The notes under the pieces were generated by a model, which was not told the origin of the DNA, ran no database searches, and saw only the letters and a program-made list of their open reading frames with translations. This document shows positions 40,711 through 53,695 of a stretch of 64,000 bases of DNA, in pieces (the stretch's first letter is position 1; every line of letters begins with the position of its first letter). The translations under genes and the position numbers were made by a program. Source of the stretch: Auanema rhodensis (taxonomy: Eukaryota > Animalia > Nematoda); assembly GCA_964057225.1 (NCBI GenBank), contig OZ059899.1, positions 2,294,001 to 2,358,000 on the forward strand, read 5' to 3'.

Positions 40711-43700
40711 AGTATAGTGCATTCGATGCGGATTTTTAAGCTGCGTCGATCTGTGTTATCAGATTTGCGCTAACTTAAAAATGCACCGAGATATCAACTG
40801 ATATAAGTTCACACTTATATCCTCGATTTTCACCCTGAAGAATTAATTTTTTCGTTGAATAACATTATCCATCGTCTTTGCCTTGAAAAATGGAATCTAA
40901 AAACATCTACTTTTTGCTAAATTATTTTGAAATTTTTCGAAAAAATTTTTGTCAAAATGTTTTTGGAAGCAATGTTGAGTGTACATGGAAACTCAACATA
41001 CACTAATGCATCATTTTTCAAACGATCATAACTAATTTTTGTATCAAGCGTTTCTCAATGTAGTATAGTGCATTCGATGCGGATTTTTAAGCTGCGTCGA
41101 TCTGTGTTATCAGATTTGCGCTAACTTAAAAATGCACCGAGATATCAACTGATATAAGTTCACACTTATATCCTCGATTTTCACCCTGAACAATTAATTT
41201 TTTCGTTGAATAACATTGTCCATCGTCTTTGCCTTGAAAAATGGAATCTAAAAACATCTACTTTTTGCTAAATTATTTTGAAATTTTTCGAAAAAATTTT
41301 TGTCAAAATGTTTTTGGAAGCAATGTTGAGTGTACATGGAAACTCAACATACACTAATGCATCATTTTTCAAACAATCATAACTAATTTTTGTATTAAGC
41401 TTTTCTCAATGTAGTATAGTGCATTCGATGCGGATTTTTAAGCTGCGTCGATCTGTGTTATCAGATTTGCGCTAACTTAAAAATGCACCGAGATATCAAC
41501 TGATATAAGTTCACACTTATATCCTCGATTTTCACCCTGAACAATTAATTTTTTCGTTGAATAACATTGTCCATCGTCTTTGCCTTGAAAAATGGAATCT
41601 AAAAACATCTACTTTTTGCTAAATTATTTTGAAATTTTTCGAAAAAATTTTTGTCAAAATGTTTTTGGAAGCAATGTTGAGTGTACATGGAAACTCAACA
41701 TACACTAATGCATCATTTTTCAAACGATCATAACTAATTTTTGTATCAAGCGTTTCTCAATGTAGTATAGTGCATTCGATGCGGATTTTTAAGCTGCGTC
41801 GATCTGTGTTATCAGATTTGCGCTAACTTAAAAATGCACCGAGATATCAACTGATATAAGTTCACACTTATATCCTCGATTTTCACCCTGAACAATTAAT
41901 TTTTTCGTTGAATAACATTGTCCATCGTCTTTGCCTTGAAAAATGGAATCTAAAAACATCTACTTTTTGCTAAATTATTTTGAAATTTTTCGAAAAAATT
42001 TTTGTCAAAATGTTTTTGGAAGCAATGTTGAGTGTACATGGAAACTCAACATACACTAATGCATCATTTTTCAAACAATCATAACTAATTTTTGTATTAA
42101 GCTTTTCTCAATGTAGTATAGTGCATTCGATGCGGATTTTTAAGCTGCGTCGATCTGTGTTATCAGATTTGCGCTAACTTAAAAATGCACCGAGATATCA
42201 ACTGATATAAGTTCACACTTATATCCTCGATTTTCACCCTGAACAATTAATTTTTTCGTTGAATAACATTGTCTATCGTCTTTGCCTTGAAAAATGGAAT
42301 CTAAAAACATCTACTTTTTGCTAAATTATTTTGAAATTTTTCGAAAAAATTTTTGTCAAAATGTTTTTGGAAGCAATGTTGAGTGTACATGGAAACTCAA
42401 CATACACTAATGCATCATTTTTCAAACGATCATAACTAATTTTTGTATTAAGCTTTTCTCAATGTAGTATAGTTCATTCGATGCGGATTTTTAAGCTGCG
42501 TCGATCTGTGTTATCAGATTTGCGCTAACTTAAAAATGCACCGAGATATCAACTGATATAAGTTCACACTTATATCCTCGATTTTCACCCTGAAGAATTA
42601 ATTTTTTCGTTGAATAACATTATCCATCGTCTTTGCCTTGAAAAATGGAATCTAAAAACATCTACTTTTTGCTAAATTATTTTGAAATTTTTCGAAAAAA
42701 TTTTTGTCAAAATGTTTTTGGAAGCAATGTTGAGTGTACATGGAAACTCAACATACACTAATGCATCATTTTTCAAACGATCATAACTAATTTTTGTATC
42801 AAGCGTTTCTCAATGTAGTATAGTGCATTCGATGCGGATTTTTAAGCTGCGTCGATCTGTGTTATCAGATTTGCGCTAACTTAAAAATGCACCGAGATAT
42901 CAACTGATATAAGTTCACACTTATATCCTCGATTTTCACCCTGAACAATTAATTTTTTCGTTGAATAACATTGTCCATCGTCTTTGCCTTGAAAAATGGA
43001 ATCTAAAAACATCTACTTTTTGCTAAATTATTTTGAAATTTTTCGAAAAAATTTTTGTCAAAATGTTTTTGGAAGCAATGTTGAGTGTACATGGAAACTC
43101 AACATACACTAATGCATCATTTTTCAAACAATCATAACTAATTTTTGTATTAAGCTTTTCTCAATGTAGTATAGTGCATTCGATGCGGATTTTTAAGCTG
43201 CGTCGATCTGTGTTATCAGATTTGCGCTAACTTAAAAATGCACCGAGATATCAACTGATATAAGTTCACACTTATATCCTCGATTTTCACCCTGAACAAT
43301 TAATTTTTTCGTTGAATAACATTGTCCATCGTCTTTGCCTTGAAAAATGGAATCTAAAAACATCTACTTTTTGCTAAATTATTTTGAAATTTTTCGAAAA
43401 AATTTTTGTCAAAATGTTTTTGGAAGCAATGTTGAGTGTACATGGAAACTCAACATACACTAATGCATCATTTTTCAAACGATCATAACTAATTTTTGTA
43501 TCAAGCGTTTCTCAATGTAGTATAGTGCATTCGATGCGGATTTTTAAGCTGCGTCGATCTGTGTTATCAGATTTGCGCTAACTTAAAAATGCACCGAGAT
43601 ATCAACTGATATAAGTTCACACTTATATCCTCGATTTTCACCCTGAACAATTAATTTTTTCGTTGAATAACATTGTCCATCGTCTTTGCCTTGAAAAATG

Positions 43701-44922
43701 GAATCTAAAAACATCTACTTTTTGCTAAATTATTTTGAAATTTTTCGAAAAAATTTTTGTCAAAATGTTTTTGGAAGCAATGTTGAGTGTACATGGAAAC
43801 TCAACATACACTAATGCATCATTTTTCAAACAATCATAACTAATTTTTGTATTAAGCTTTTCTCAATGTAGTATAGTGCATTCGATGCGGATTTTTAAGC
43901 TGCGTCGATCTGTGTTATCAGATTTGCGCTAACTTAAAAATGCACCGAGATATCAACTGATATAAGTTCACACTTATATCCTCGATTTTCACCCTGAACA
44001 ATTAATTTTTTCGTTGAATAACATTGTCTATCGTCTTTGCCTTGAAAAATGGAATCTAAAAACATCTACTTTTTGCTAAATTATTTTGAAATTTTTCGAA
44101 AAAATTTTTGTCAAAATGTTTTTGGAAGCAATGTTGAGTGTACATGGAAACTCAACATACACTAATGCATCATTTTTCAAACGATCATAACTAATTTTTG
44201 TATTAAGCTTTTCTCAATGTAGTATAGTTCATTCGATGCGGATTTTTAAGCTGCGTCGATCTGTGTTATCAGATTTGCGCTAACTTAAAAATGCACCGAG
44301 ATATCAACTGATATAAGTTCACACTTATATCCTCGATTTTCACCCTGAAGAATTAATTTTTTCGTTGAATAACATTATCCATCGTCTTTGCCTTGAAAAA
44401 TGGAATCTAAAAACATCTACTTTTTGCTAAATTATTTTGAAATTTTTCGAAAAAATTTTTGTCAAAATGTTTTTGGAAGCAATGTTGAGTGTACATGGAA
44501 ACTCAACATACACTAATGCATCATTTTTCAAACGATCATAACTAATTTTTGTATCAAGCGTTTCTCAATGTAGTATAGTGCATTCGATGCGGATTTTTAA
44601 GCTGCGTCGATCTGTGTTATCAGATTTGCGCTAACTTAAAAATGCACCGAGATATCAACTGATATAAGTTCACACTTATATCCTCGATTTTCACCCTGAA
44701 CAATTAATTTTTTCGTTGAATAACATTGTCCATCGTCTTTGCCTTGAAAAATGGAATCTAAAAACATCTACTTTTTGCTAAATTATTTTGAAATTTTTCG
44801 AAAAAATTTTTGTCAAAATGTTTTTGGAAGCAATGTTGAGTGTACATGGAAACTCAACATACACTAATGCATCATTTTTCAAACAATCATAACTAATTTT
44901 TGTATTAAGCTTTTCTCAATGT
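40711..44922. repeat. Pentamer higher-order repeat (1755 bp), about 2.4 copies
   Basis: The rare AGTATAGTTC start occurs at 42466 and 44221 (1755 apart), and the variant order of M117-121 is repeated in M122-126 and begins again in M127-128. Confidence 0.8.
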
Positions 44923-47900
44923 AGTATAGTGCATTCGATGCGGATTTTTAAGCTGCGTCGATCTGTGTTATCAGATTTGCGCTAACTTAAAAATGCACCG
45001 AGATATCAACTGATATAAGTTCACACTTATATCCTCGATTTTCACCCTGAACAATTAATTTTTTCGTTGAATAACATTGTCTATCGTCTTTGCCTTGAAA
45101 AATGGAATCTAAAAACATCTACTTTTTGCTAAATTATTTTGAAATTTTTCGAAAAAATTTTTGTCAAAATGTTTTTGGAAGCAATGTTGAGTGTACATGG
45201 AAACTCAACATACACTAATGCATCATTTTTCAAACAATCATAACTAATTTGTGTATTAAGCGTTTCTTAATGTAGTATAGTGCATTCGATGCGGATTTTT
45301 AAGCTGCGTCGATCTGTGTTATCAGATTTGTGCTAGCTTAAAAATGCACCGAGATATCAACTGATATAAGTTCACACTTATATCCTCGATTTTCACCCTG
45401 AAGAATTAATTTTTTCGTTGAATAACATTATCCATCGTCTTTGCCTTGAAAAATGGAATCTAAAAACATCTACTTTTTGCTAAATTATTATGAAATTTTT
45501 CGAAAAAATTTTTGTCAAAATGTTTTTGGAAGCAATGTTGAGTGTACATGGAAACTCAACATACACTAATGCATCATTTTTCAAACGATCATAACTAATT
45601 TTTGTATCAAGCGTTTCTCAATGTAGTATAGTGCATTCGATGCGGATTTTTAAGCTGCGTCGATCTGTGTTATCAGATTTGCGCTAGCTTAAAAATGCAC
45701 CGAGATATCAACTGATATAAGTTCACACTTATATCCTCGATTTTCACCCTGAAGAATTAATTTTTTCGTTGAATAACATTATCCATCGTCTTTGCCTTGA
45801 AAAATGGAATCTAAAAACATCTACTTTTTGCTAAATTATTATGAAATTTTTCGAAAAAATTTTTGTCAAAATGTTTTTGGAAGCAATGTTGAGTGTACAT
45901 GGAAACTCAACATACACTAATGCATCATTTTTCAAACGATCATAACTAATTTTTGTATCAAGCGTTTCTCAATGTAGTATAGTGCATTCGATGCGGATTT
46001 TTAAGCTGCGTCGATCTGTGTTATCAGATTTGCGCTAGCTTAAAAATGCACCGAGATATCAACTGATATAAGTTCACACTTATATCCTCGATTTTCACCC
46101 TGAAGAATTAATTTTTTCGTTGAATAACATTATCCATCGTCTTTGCCTTGAAAAATGGAATCTAAAAACATCTACTTTTTGCTAAATTATTATGAAATTT
46201 TTCGAAAAAATTTTTGTCAAAATGTTTTTGGAAGCAATGTTGAGTGTACATGGAAACTCAACATACACTAATGCATCATTTTTCAAACGATCATAACTAA
46301 TTTTTGTATCAAGCGTTTCTCAATGTAGTATAGTGCATTCGATGCGGATTTTTAAGCTGCGTCGATCTGTGTTATCAGATTTGCGCTAACTTAAAAATGC
46401 ACCGAGATATCAACTGATATAAGTTCACACTTATATCCTCGATTTTCACCCTGAACAATTAATTTTTTCGTTGAATAACATTGTCCATCGTCTTTGCCTT
46501 GAAAAATGGAATCTAAAAACATCTACTTTTTGCTAAATTATTTTGAAATTTTTCGAAAAAATTTTTGTCAAAATGTTTTTGGAAGCAATGTTGAGTGTAC
46601 ATGGAAACTCAACATACACTAATGCATCATTTTTCAAACAATCATAACTAATTTGTGTATTAAGCGTTTCTTAATGTAGTATAGTGCATTCGATGCGGAT
46701 TTTTAAGCTGCGTCGATCTGTGTTATCAGATTTGTGCTAGCTTAAAAATGCACCGAGATATCAACTGATATAAGTTCACACTTATATCCTCGATTTTCAC
46801 CCTGAAGAATTAATTTTTTCGTTGAATAACATTATCCATCGTCTTTGCCTTGAAAAATGGAATCTAAAAACATCTACTTTTTGCTAAATTATTATGAAAT
46901 TTTTCGAAAAAATTTTTGTCAAAATGTTTTTGGAAGCAATGTTGAGTGTACATGGAAACTCAACATACACTAATGCATCATTTTTCAAACGATCATAACT
47001 AATTTTTGTATCAAGCGTTTCTCAATGTAGTATAGTGCATTCGATGCGGATTTTTAAGCTGCGTCGATCTGTGTTATCAGATTTGCGCTAGCTTAAAAAT
47101 GCACCGAGATATCAACTGATATAAGTTCACACTTATATCCTCGATTTTCACCCTGAAGAATTAATTTTTTCGTTGAATAACATTATCCATCGTCTTTGCC
47201 TTGAAAAATGGAATCTAAAAACATCTACTTTTTGCTAAATTATTATGAAATTTTTCGAAAAAATTTTTGTCAAAATGTTTTTGGAAGCAATGTTGAGTGT
47301 ACATGGAAACTCAACATACACTAATGCATCATTTTTCAAACGATCATAACTAATTTTTGTATCAAGCGTTTCTCAATGTAGTATAGTGCATTCGATGCGG
47401 ATTTTTAAGCTGCGTCGATCTGTGTTATCAGATTTGCGCTAACTTAAAAATGCACCGAGATATCAACTGATATAAGTTCACACTTATATCCTCGATTTTC
47501 ACCCTGAACAATTAATTTTTTCATTGAATAACATTGTCCATCGTCTTTGCCTTGAAAAATGGAATCTAAAAACATCTACTTTTTGCTAAATTATTTTGAA
47601 ATTTTTCGAAAAAATTTTTGTCAAAATGTTTTTGGAAGCAATGTTGAGTGTACATGGAAACTCAACATACACTAATGCATCATTTTTCAAACGATCATAA
47701 CTAATTTTTGTATCAAACGTTTCTCAATGTAGTATAGTGCATTCGATGCGGATTTTTAAGCTGCGTCGATCTGTGTTATCAGATTTGCGCTAGCTTAAAA
47801 ATGCACCGAGATATCAACTGATATAAGTTCACACTTATATCCTCGATTTTCACCCTGAACAATTAATTTTTTCGTTGAATAACATTGTCCATCGTCTTTG

Positions 47901-48432
47901 CCTTGAAAAAAGGAATCTAAAAACATCTACTTTTTGCTAAATTATTTTGAAATTTTTGGAAAAAATTTTTGTCAAAATGTTTTTGGAAGCAATGTTGAGT
48001 GTACATGGAAACTCAACATACACTAATGCATCATTTTTCAAACGATCATAACTAATTTTTGTATTAAGCGTTTCTCAATGTAGTATAGTGCATTCGATGC
48101 GGATTTTTAAGCTGCGTCGATCTGTGTTATCAGATTTGCGCTAGCTTAAAAATGCACCGAGATATGAACTGATATAAGTTCACACTTATATCCTCGATTT
48201 TCACCCTGAACAATTAATTTTTTCGTTGAATAACATTGTCCATCGTCTTTGCCTTGAAAAAAGGAATCTAAAAACATCTACTTTTTGCTAAATTATTTTG
48301 AAATTTTTGGAAAAAATTTTTGTCAAAATGTTTTTGGAAGCAATGTTGAGTGTACATGGAAACTCAACATACACTAATGCATCATTTTTCAAACAATCAT
48401 AACTAATTTTTGTATTAAGCTTTTCTCAATGT

Positions 48433-51400
48433 AGTATAGTGCATTCGATGCGGATTTTTAAGCTGCGTCGATCTGTGTTATCAGATTTGCGCTAACTTAA
48501 AAATGCACCGAGATATCAACTGATATAAGTTCACACTTATATCCTCGATTTTCACCCTGAACAATTAATTTTTTCGATGAATAACATTGTCTATCGTCTT
48601 TGCCTTGAAAAATGGAATCTGAAAACATCTACTTTTTGCTAAATTATTTTGAAATTTTTCGAAAAAATTTTTGTCAAAATGTTTTTGGAAGCAATGTTGA
48701 GTGTACATGGAAACTCAACATACACTAATGCATCATTTTTCAAACGATCATAACTAATTTTTGTATTAAGCTTTTCTCAATGTAGTATAGTGCATTCGAT
48801 GCGGATTTTTAAGCTGCGTCGATCTGTGTTATCAGATTTGCGCTAACTTAAAAATGCACCGAGATATCAACTGATATAAGTTCACACTTATATCCTCGAT
48901 TTTCACCCTGAAGAATTAATTTTTTCGTTGAATAACATTATCCATCGTCTTTGCCTTGAAAAATGGAATTTAAAAACATCTACTTTTTGCTAAATTATTT
49001 TGAAATTTTTCGAAAAAATTTTTGTCAAAATGTTTTTGGAAGCAATGTTGAGTGTACATGGAAACTCAACATACACTAATGCATCATTTTTCAAACGATC
49101 ATAACTAATTTTTGTATCAAGCGTTTCTCAATGTAGTATAGTGCATTCGATGCGGATTTTTAAGCTGCGTCGATCTGTGTTATCAGATTTGCGCTAACTT
49201 AAAAATGCACCGAGATATCAACTGATATAAGTTCACACTTATATCCTCGATTTTCACCCTGAACAATTAATTTTTTCGTTGAATAACATTGTCCATCGTC
49301 TTTGCCTTGAAAAATGGAATCTAAAAACATCTACTTTTTGCTAAATTATTTTGAAATTTTTCGAAAAAATTTTTGTCAAAATGTTTTTGGAAGCAATGTT
49401 GAGTGTACATGGAAACTCAACATACACTAATGCATCATTTTTCAAACGATCATAACTAATTTTTGTATCAAACGTTTCTCAATGTAGTATAGTGCATTCG
49501 ATGCGGATTTTTAAGCTGCGTCGATCTGTGTTATCAGATTTGCGCTAGCTTAGAAATGCACCGAGATATCAACTGATATAAGTTCACACTTATATCCTCG
49601 ATTTTCACCCTGAACAATTAATTTTTTCGTTGAATAACATTGTCCATCGTCTTTGCCTTGAAAAAAGGAATCTAAAAACATCTACTTTTTGCTAAATTAT
49701 TTTGAAATTTTTGGAAAAAATTTTTGTCAAAATGTTTTTGGAAGCAATGTTGAGTGTACATGGAAACTCAACATACACTAATGCATCATTTTTCAAACGA
49801 TCATAACTAATTTTTGTATTCAGCGTTTCTCAATGTAGTATAGTGCATTCGATGCGGATTTTTAAGCTGTGTCGATCTGTGTTATCAGATTTGCGCTAGC
49901 TTAAAAATGCACCGAGATATCAACTGATATAAGTTCACACTTATATCCTCGATTTTCACCCTGAACAATTAATTTTTTCGTTGAATAACATTGTCCATCG
50001 TCTTTGCCTTGAAAAAAGGAATCTAAAAACATCTACTTTTTGCTAAATTATTTTGAAATTTTTGGAAAAAATTTTTGTCAAAATGTTTTTGGAAGCAATG
50101 TTGAGTGTACATGGAAACTCAACATACACTAATGCATCATTTTTCAAACGATCATAACTAATTTTTGTATTCAGCGTTTCTCAATGTAGTATAGTGCATT
50201 CGATGCGGATTTTTAAGCTGCGTCGATCTGTGTTATCAGATTTGCGCTAACTTAAAAATGCACCGAGATATCAACTGATATAAGTTCACACTTATATCCT
50301 CGATTTTCACCCTGAACAATTAATTTTTTCGATGAATAACATTGTCTATCGTCTTTGCCTTGAAAAATGGAATCTGAAAACATCTACTTTTTGCTAAATT
50401 ATTTTGAAATTTTTCGAAAAAATTTTTGTCAAAATGTTTTTGGAAGCAATGTTGAGTGTACATGGAAACTCAACATACACTAATGCATCATTTTTCAAAC
50501 GATCATAACTAATTTTTGTATTAAGCTTTTCTCAATGTAGTATAGTGCATTCGATGCGGATTTTTAAGCTGCGTCGATCTGTGTTATCAGATTTGCGCTA
50601 ACTTAAAAATGCACCGAGATATCAACTGATATAAGTTCACACTTATATCCTCGATTTTCACCCTGAAGAATTAATTTTTTCGTTGAATAACATTATCCAT
50701 CGTCTTTGCCTTGAAAAATGGAATTTAAAAACATCTACTTTTTGCTAAATTATTTTGAAATTTTTCGAAAAAATTTTTGTCAAAATGTTTTTGGAAGCAA
50801 TGTTGAGTGTACATGGAAACTCAACATACACTAATGCATCATTTTTCAAACGATCATAACTAATTTTTGTATCAAGCGTTTCTCAATGTAGTATAGTGCA
50901 TTCGATGCGGATTTTTAAGCTGCGTCGATCTGTGTTATCAGATTTGCGCTAACTTAAAAATGCACCGAGATATCAACTGATATAAGTTCACACTTATATC
51001 CTCGATTTTCACCCTGAACAATTAATTTTTTCGTTGAATAACATTGTCCATCGTCTTTGCCTTGAAAAATGGAATCTAAAAACATCTACTTTTTGCTAAA
51101 TTATTTTGAAATTTTTCGAAAAAATTTTTGTCAAAATGTTTTTGGAAGCAATGTTGAGTGTACATGGAAACTCAACATACACTAATGCATCATTTTTCAA
51201 ACGATCATAACTAATTTTTGTATCAAACGTTTCTCAATGTAGTATAGTGCATTCGATGCGGATTTTTAAGCTGCGTCGATCTGTGTTATCAGATTTGCGC
51301 TAGCTTAGAAATGCACCGAGATATCAACTGATATAAGTTCACACTTATATCCTCGATTTTCACCCTGAACAATTAATTTTTTCGTTGAATAACATTGTCC

Positions 51401-51942
51401 ATCGTCTTTGCCTTGAAAAAAGGAATCTAAAAACATCTACTTTTTGCTAAATTATTTTGAAATTTTTGGAAAAAATTTTTGTCAAAATGTTTTTGGAAGC
51501 AATGTTGAGTGTACATGGAAACTCAACATACACTAATGCATCATTTTTCAAACGATCATAACTAATTTTTGTATTCAGCGTTTCTCAATGTAGTATAGTG
51601 CATTCGATGCGGATTTTTAAGCTGTGTCGATCTGTGTTATCAGATTTGCGCTAGCTTAAAAATGCACCGAGATATCAACTGATATAAGTTCACACTTATA
51701 TCCTCGATTTTCACCCTGAACAATTAATTTTTTCGTTGAATAACATTGTCCATCGTCTTTGCCTTGAAAAAAGGAATCTAAAAACATCTACTTTTTGCTA
51801 AATTATTTTGAAATTTTTGGAAAAAATTTTTGTCAAAATGTTTTTGGAAGCAATGTTGAGTGTACATGGAAACTCAACATACACTAATGCATCATTTTTC
51901 AAACGATCATAACTAATTTTTGTATCAAGCGTTTCTCGATGT
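48433..51942. repeat. Pentamer tandem duplication (2 x 1755 bp)
   Basis: Private variants TTAGAAATG (G at 49553 and 51308), GCTGTGTCG (monomers at 49837 and 51592) and TTCGATGAA/ATCTGAAAAC (monomers at 48433 and 50188) are all 1755 bp apart. Confidence 0.88.
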
Positions 51943-53695
51943 AGTATAGTGCATTCGATGCGGATTTTTAAGCTGCGTCGATCTGTGTTATCAGATTTGC
52001 GCTAGCTTAAAATGCACCGAGATATCAACTGATATAAGTTCACACTTATATCCTCGATTTTCACCCTGAAGAATTAATTTTTTCGTTGAATAACATTGTC
52101 TATCGTCTTTGCCTTGAAAAATGGAATCTAAAAACATCTACTTTTTGCTAAATTATTTTGAAATTTTTCGAAAAAATTTTTGTCAAAATGTTTTTGGAAG
52201 CAATGTTGAGTGTACATGGAAACTCAACATACACTAATGCATCATTTTTCAAACGATCATAACTAATTTTTGTATTAAGCTTTTCTCAATGTAGTATAGT
52301 GCATTCGATGCGGATTTTTAAGCTGCGTCGATCTGTGTTATCAGATTTGCGCTAGCTTAAAAGTGCACCGAGATATCAACTGATATAAGTTCACACTTAT
52401 ATCCTCGATTTTCACCCTGAAGAATTAATTTTTTCGTTGAATAACATTGTCTATCGTCTTTGCCTTGAAAAATGGAATCTAAAAACATCTACTTTTTGCT
52501 AAATTATTTTGAAATTTTTCGAAAAAATTTTTGTCAAAATGTTTTTGGAAGCAATGTTGAGTGTACATGGAAACTCAACATACACTAATGCATCATTTTT
52601 CAAACGATCATAACTAATTTTTGTATCAAGCGTTTCTCAATGTAGTATAGTGCATTCGATGCGGATTTTTAAGCTGCGTCGATCTGTGTTATCAGATTTG
52701 CGCTAGCTTAAAAATGCACCGAGATATCAACTGATATAAGTTCACACTTATATCCTCGATTTTCACCCTGAAGAATTAATTTTTTCGTTGAATAACATTA
52801 TCCATCGTCTTTGCCTTGAAAAATGGAATCTAAAAACATCTACTTTTTGCTAAATTATTTTGAAATTTTTCGAAAAAATTTTTGTCAAAATGTTTTTGGA
52901 AGCAATGTTGAGTGTACATGGAAACTCAACATACACTAATGCATCATTTTTCAAACGATCATAACTAATTTTTGTATCAAGCGTTTCTCGATGTAGTATA
53001 GTGCATTCGATGCGGATTTTTAAGCTGCGTCGATCTGTGTTATCAGATTTGCGCTAGCTTAAAATGCACCGAGATATCAACTGATATAAGTTCACACTTA
53101 TATCCTCGATTTTCACCCTGAAGAATTAATTTTTTCGTTGAATAACATTGTCTATCGTCTTTGCCTTGAAAAATGGAATCTAAAAACATCTACTTTTTGC
53201 TAAATTATTTTGAAATTTTTCGAAAAAATTTTTGTCAAAATGTTTTTGGAAGCAATGTTGAGTGTACATGGAAACTCAACATACACTAATGCATCATTTT
53301 TCAAACGATCATAACTAATTTTTGTATTAAGCTTTTCTCAATGTAGTATAGTGCATTCGATGCGGATTTTTAAGCTGCGTCGATCTGTGTTATCAGATTT
53401 GCGCTAGCTTAAAAGTGCACCGAGATATCAACTGATATAAGTTCACACTTATATCCTCGATTTTCACCCTGAAGAATTAATTTTTTCGTTGAATAACATT
53501 GTCTATCGTCTTTGCCTTGAAAAATGGAATCTAAAAACATCTACTTTTTGCTAAATTATTTTGAAATTTTTCGAAAAAATTTTTGTCAAAATGTTTTTGG
53601 AAGCAATGTTGAGTGTACATGGAAACTCAACATACACTAATGCATCATTTTTCAAACGATCATAACTAATTTTTGTATCAAGCGTTTCTCAATGT
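51943..53695. repeat. Trimer-spaced duplication (1052 bp)
   Basis: A 350-bp monomer with TTAAAATGC occurs at 51943 and 52995, each followed by an AAAAGTGC monomer (52293, 53345). Confidence 0.75.
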
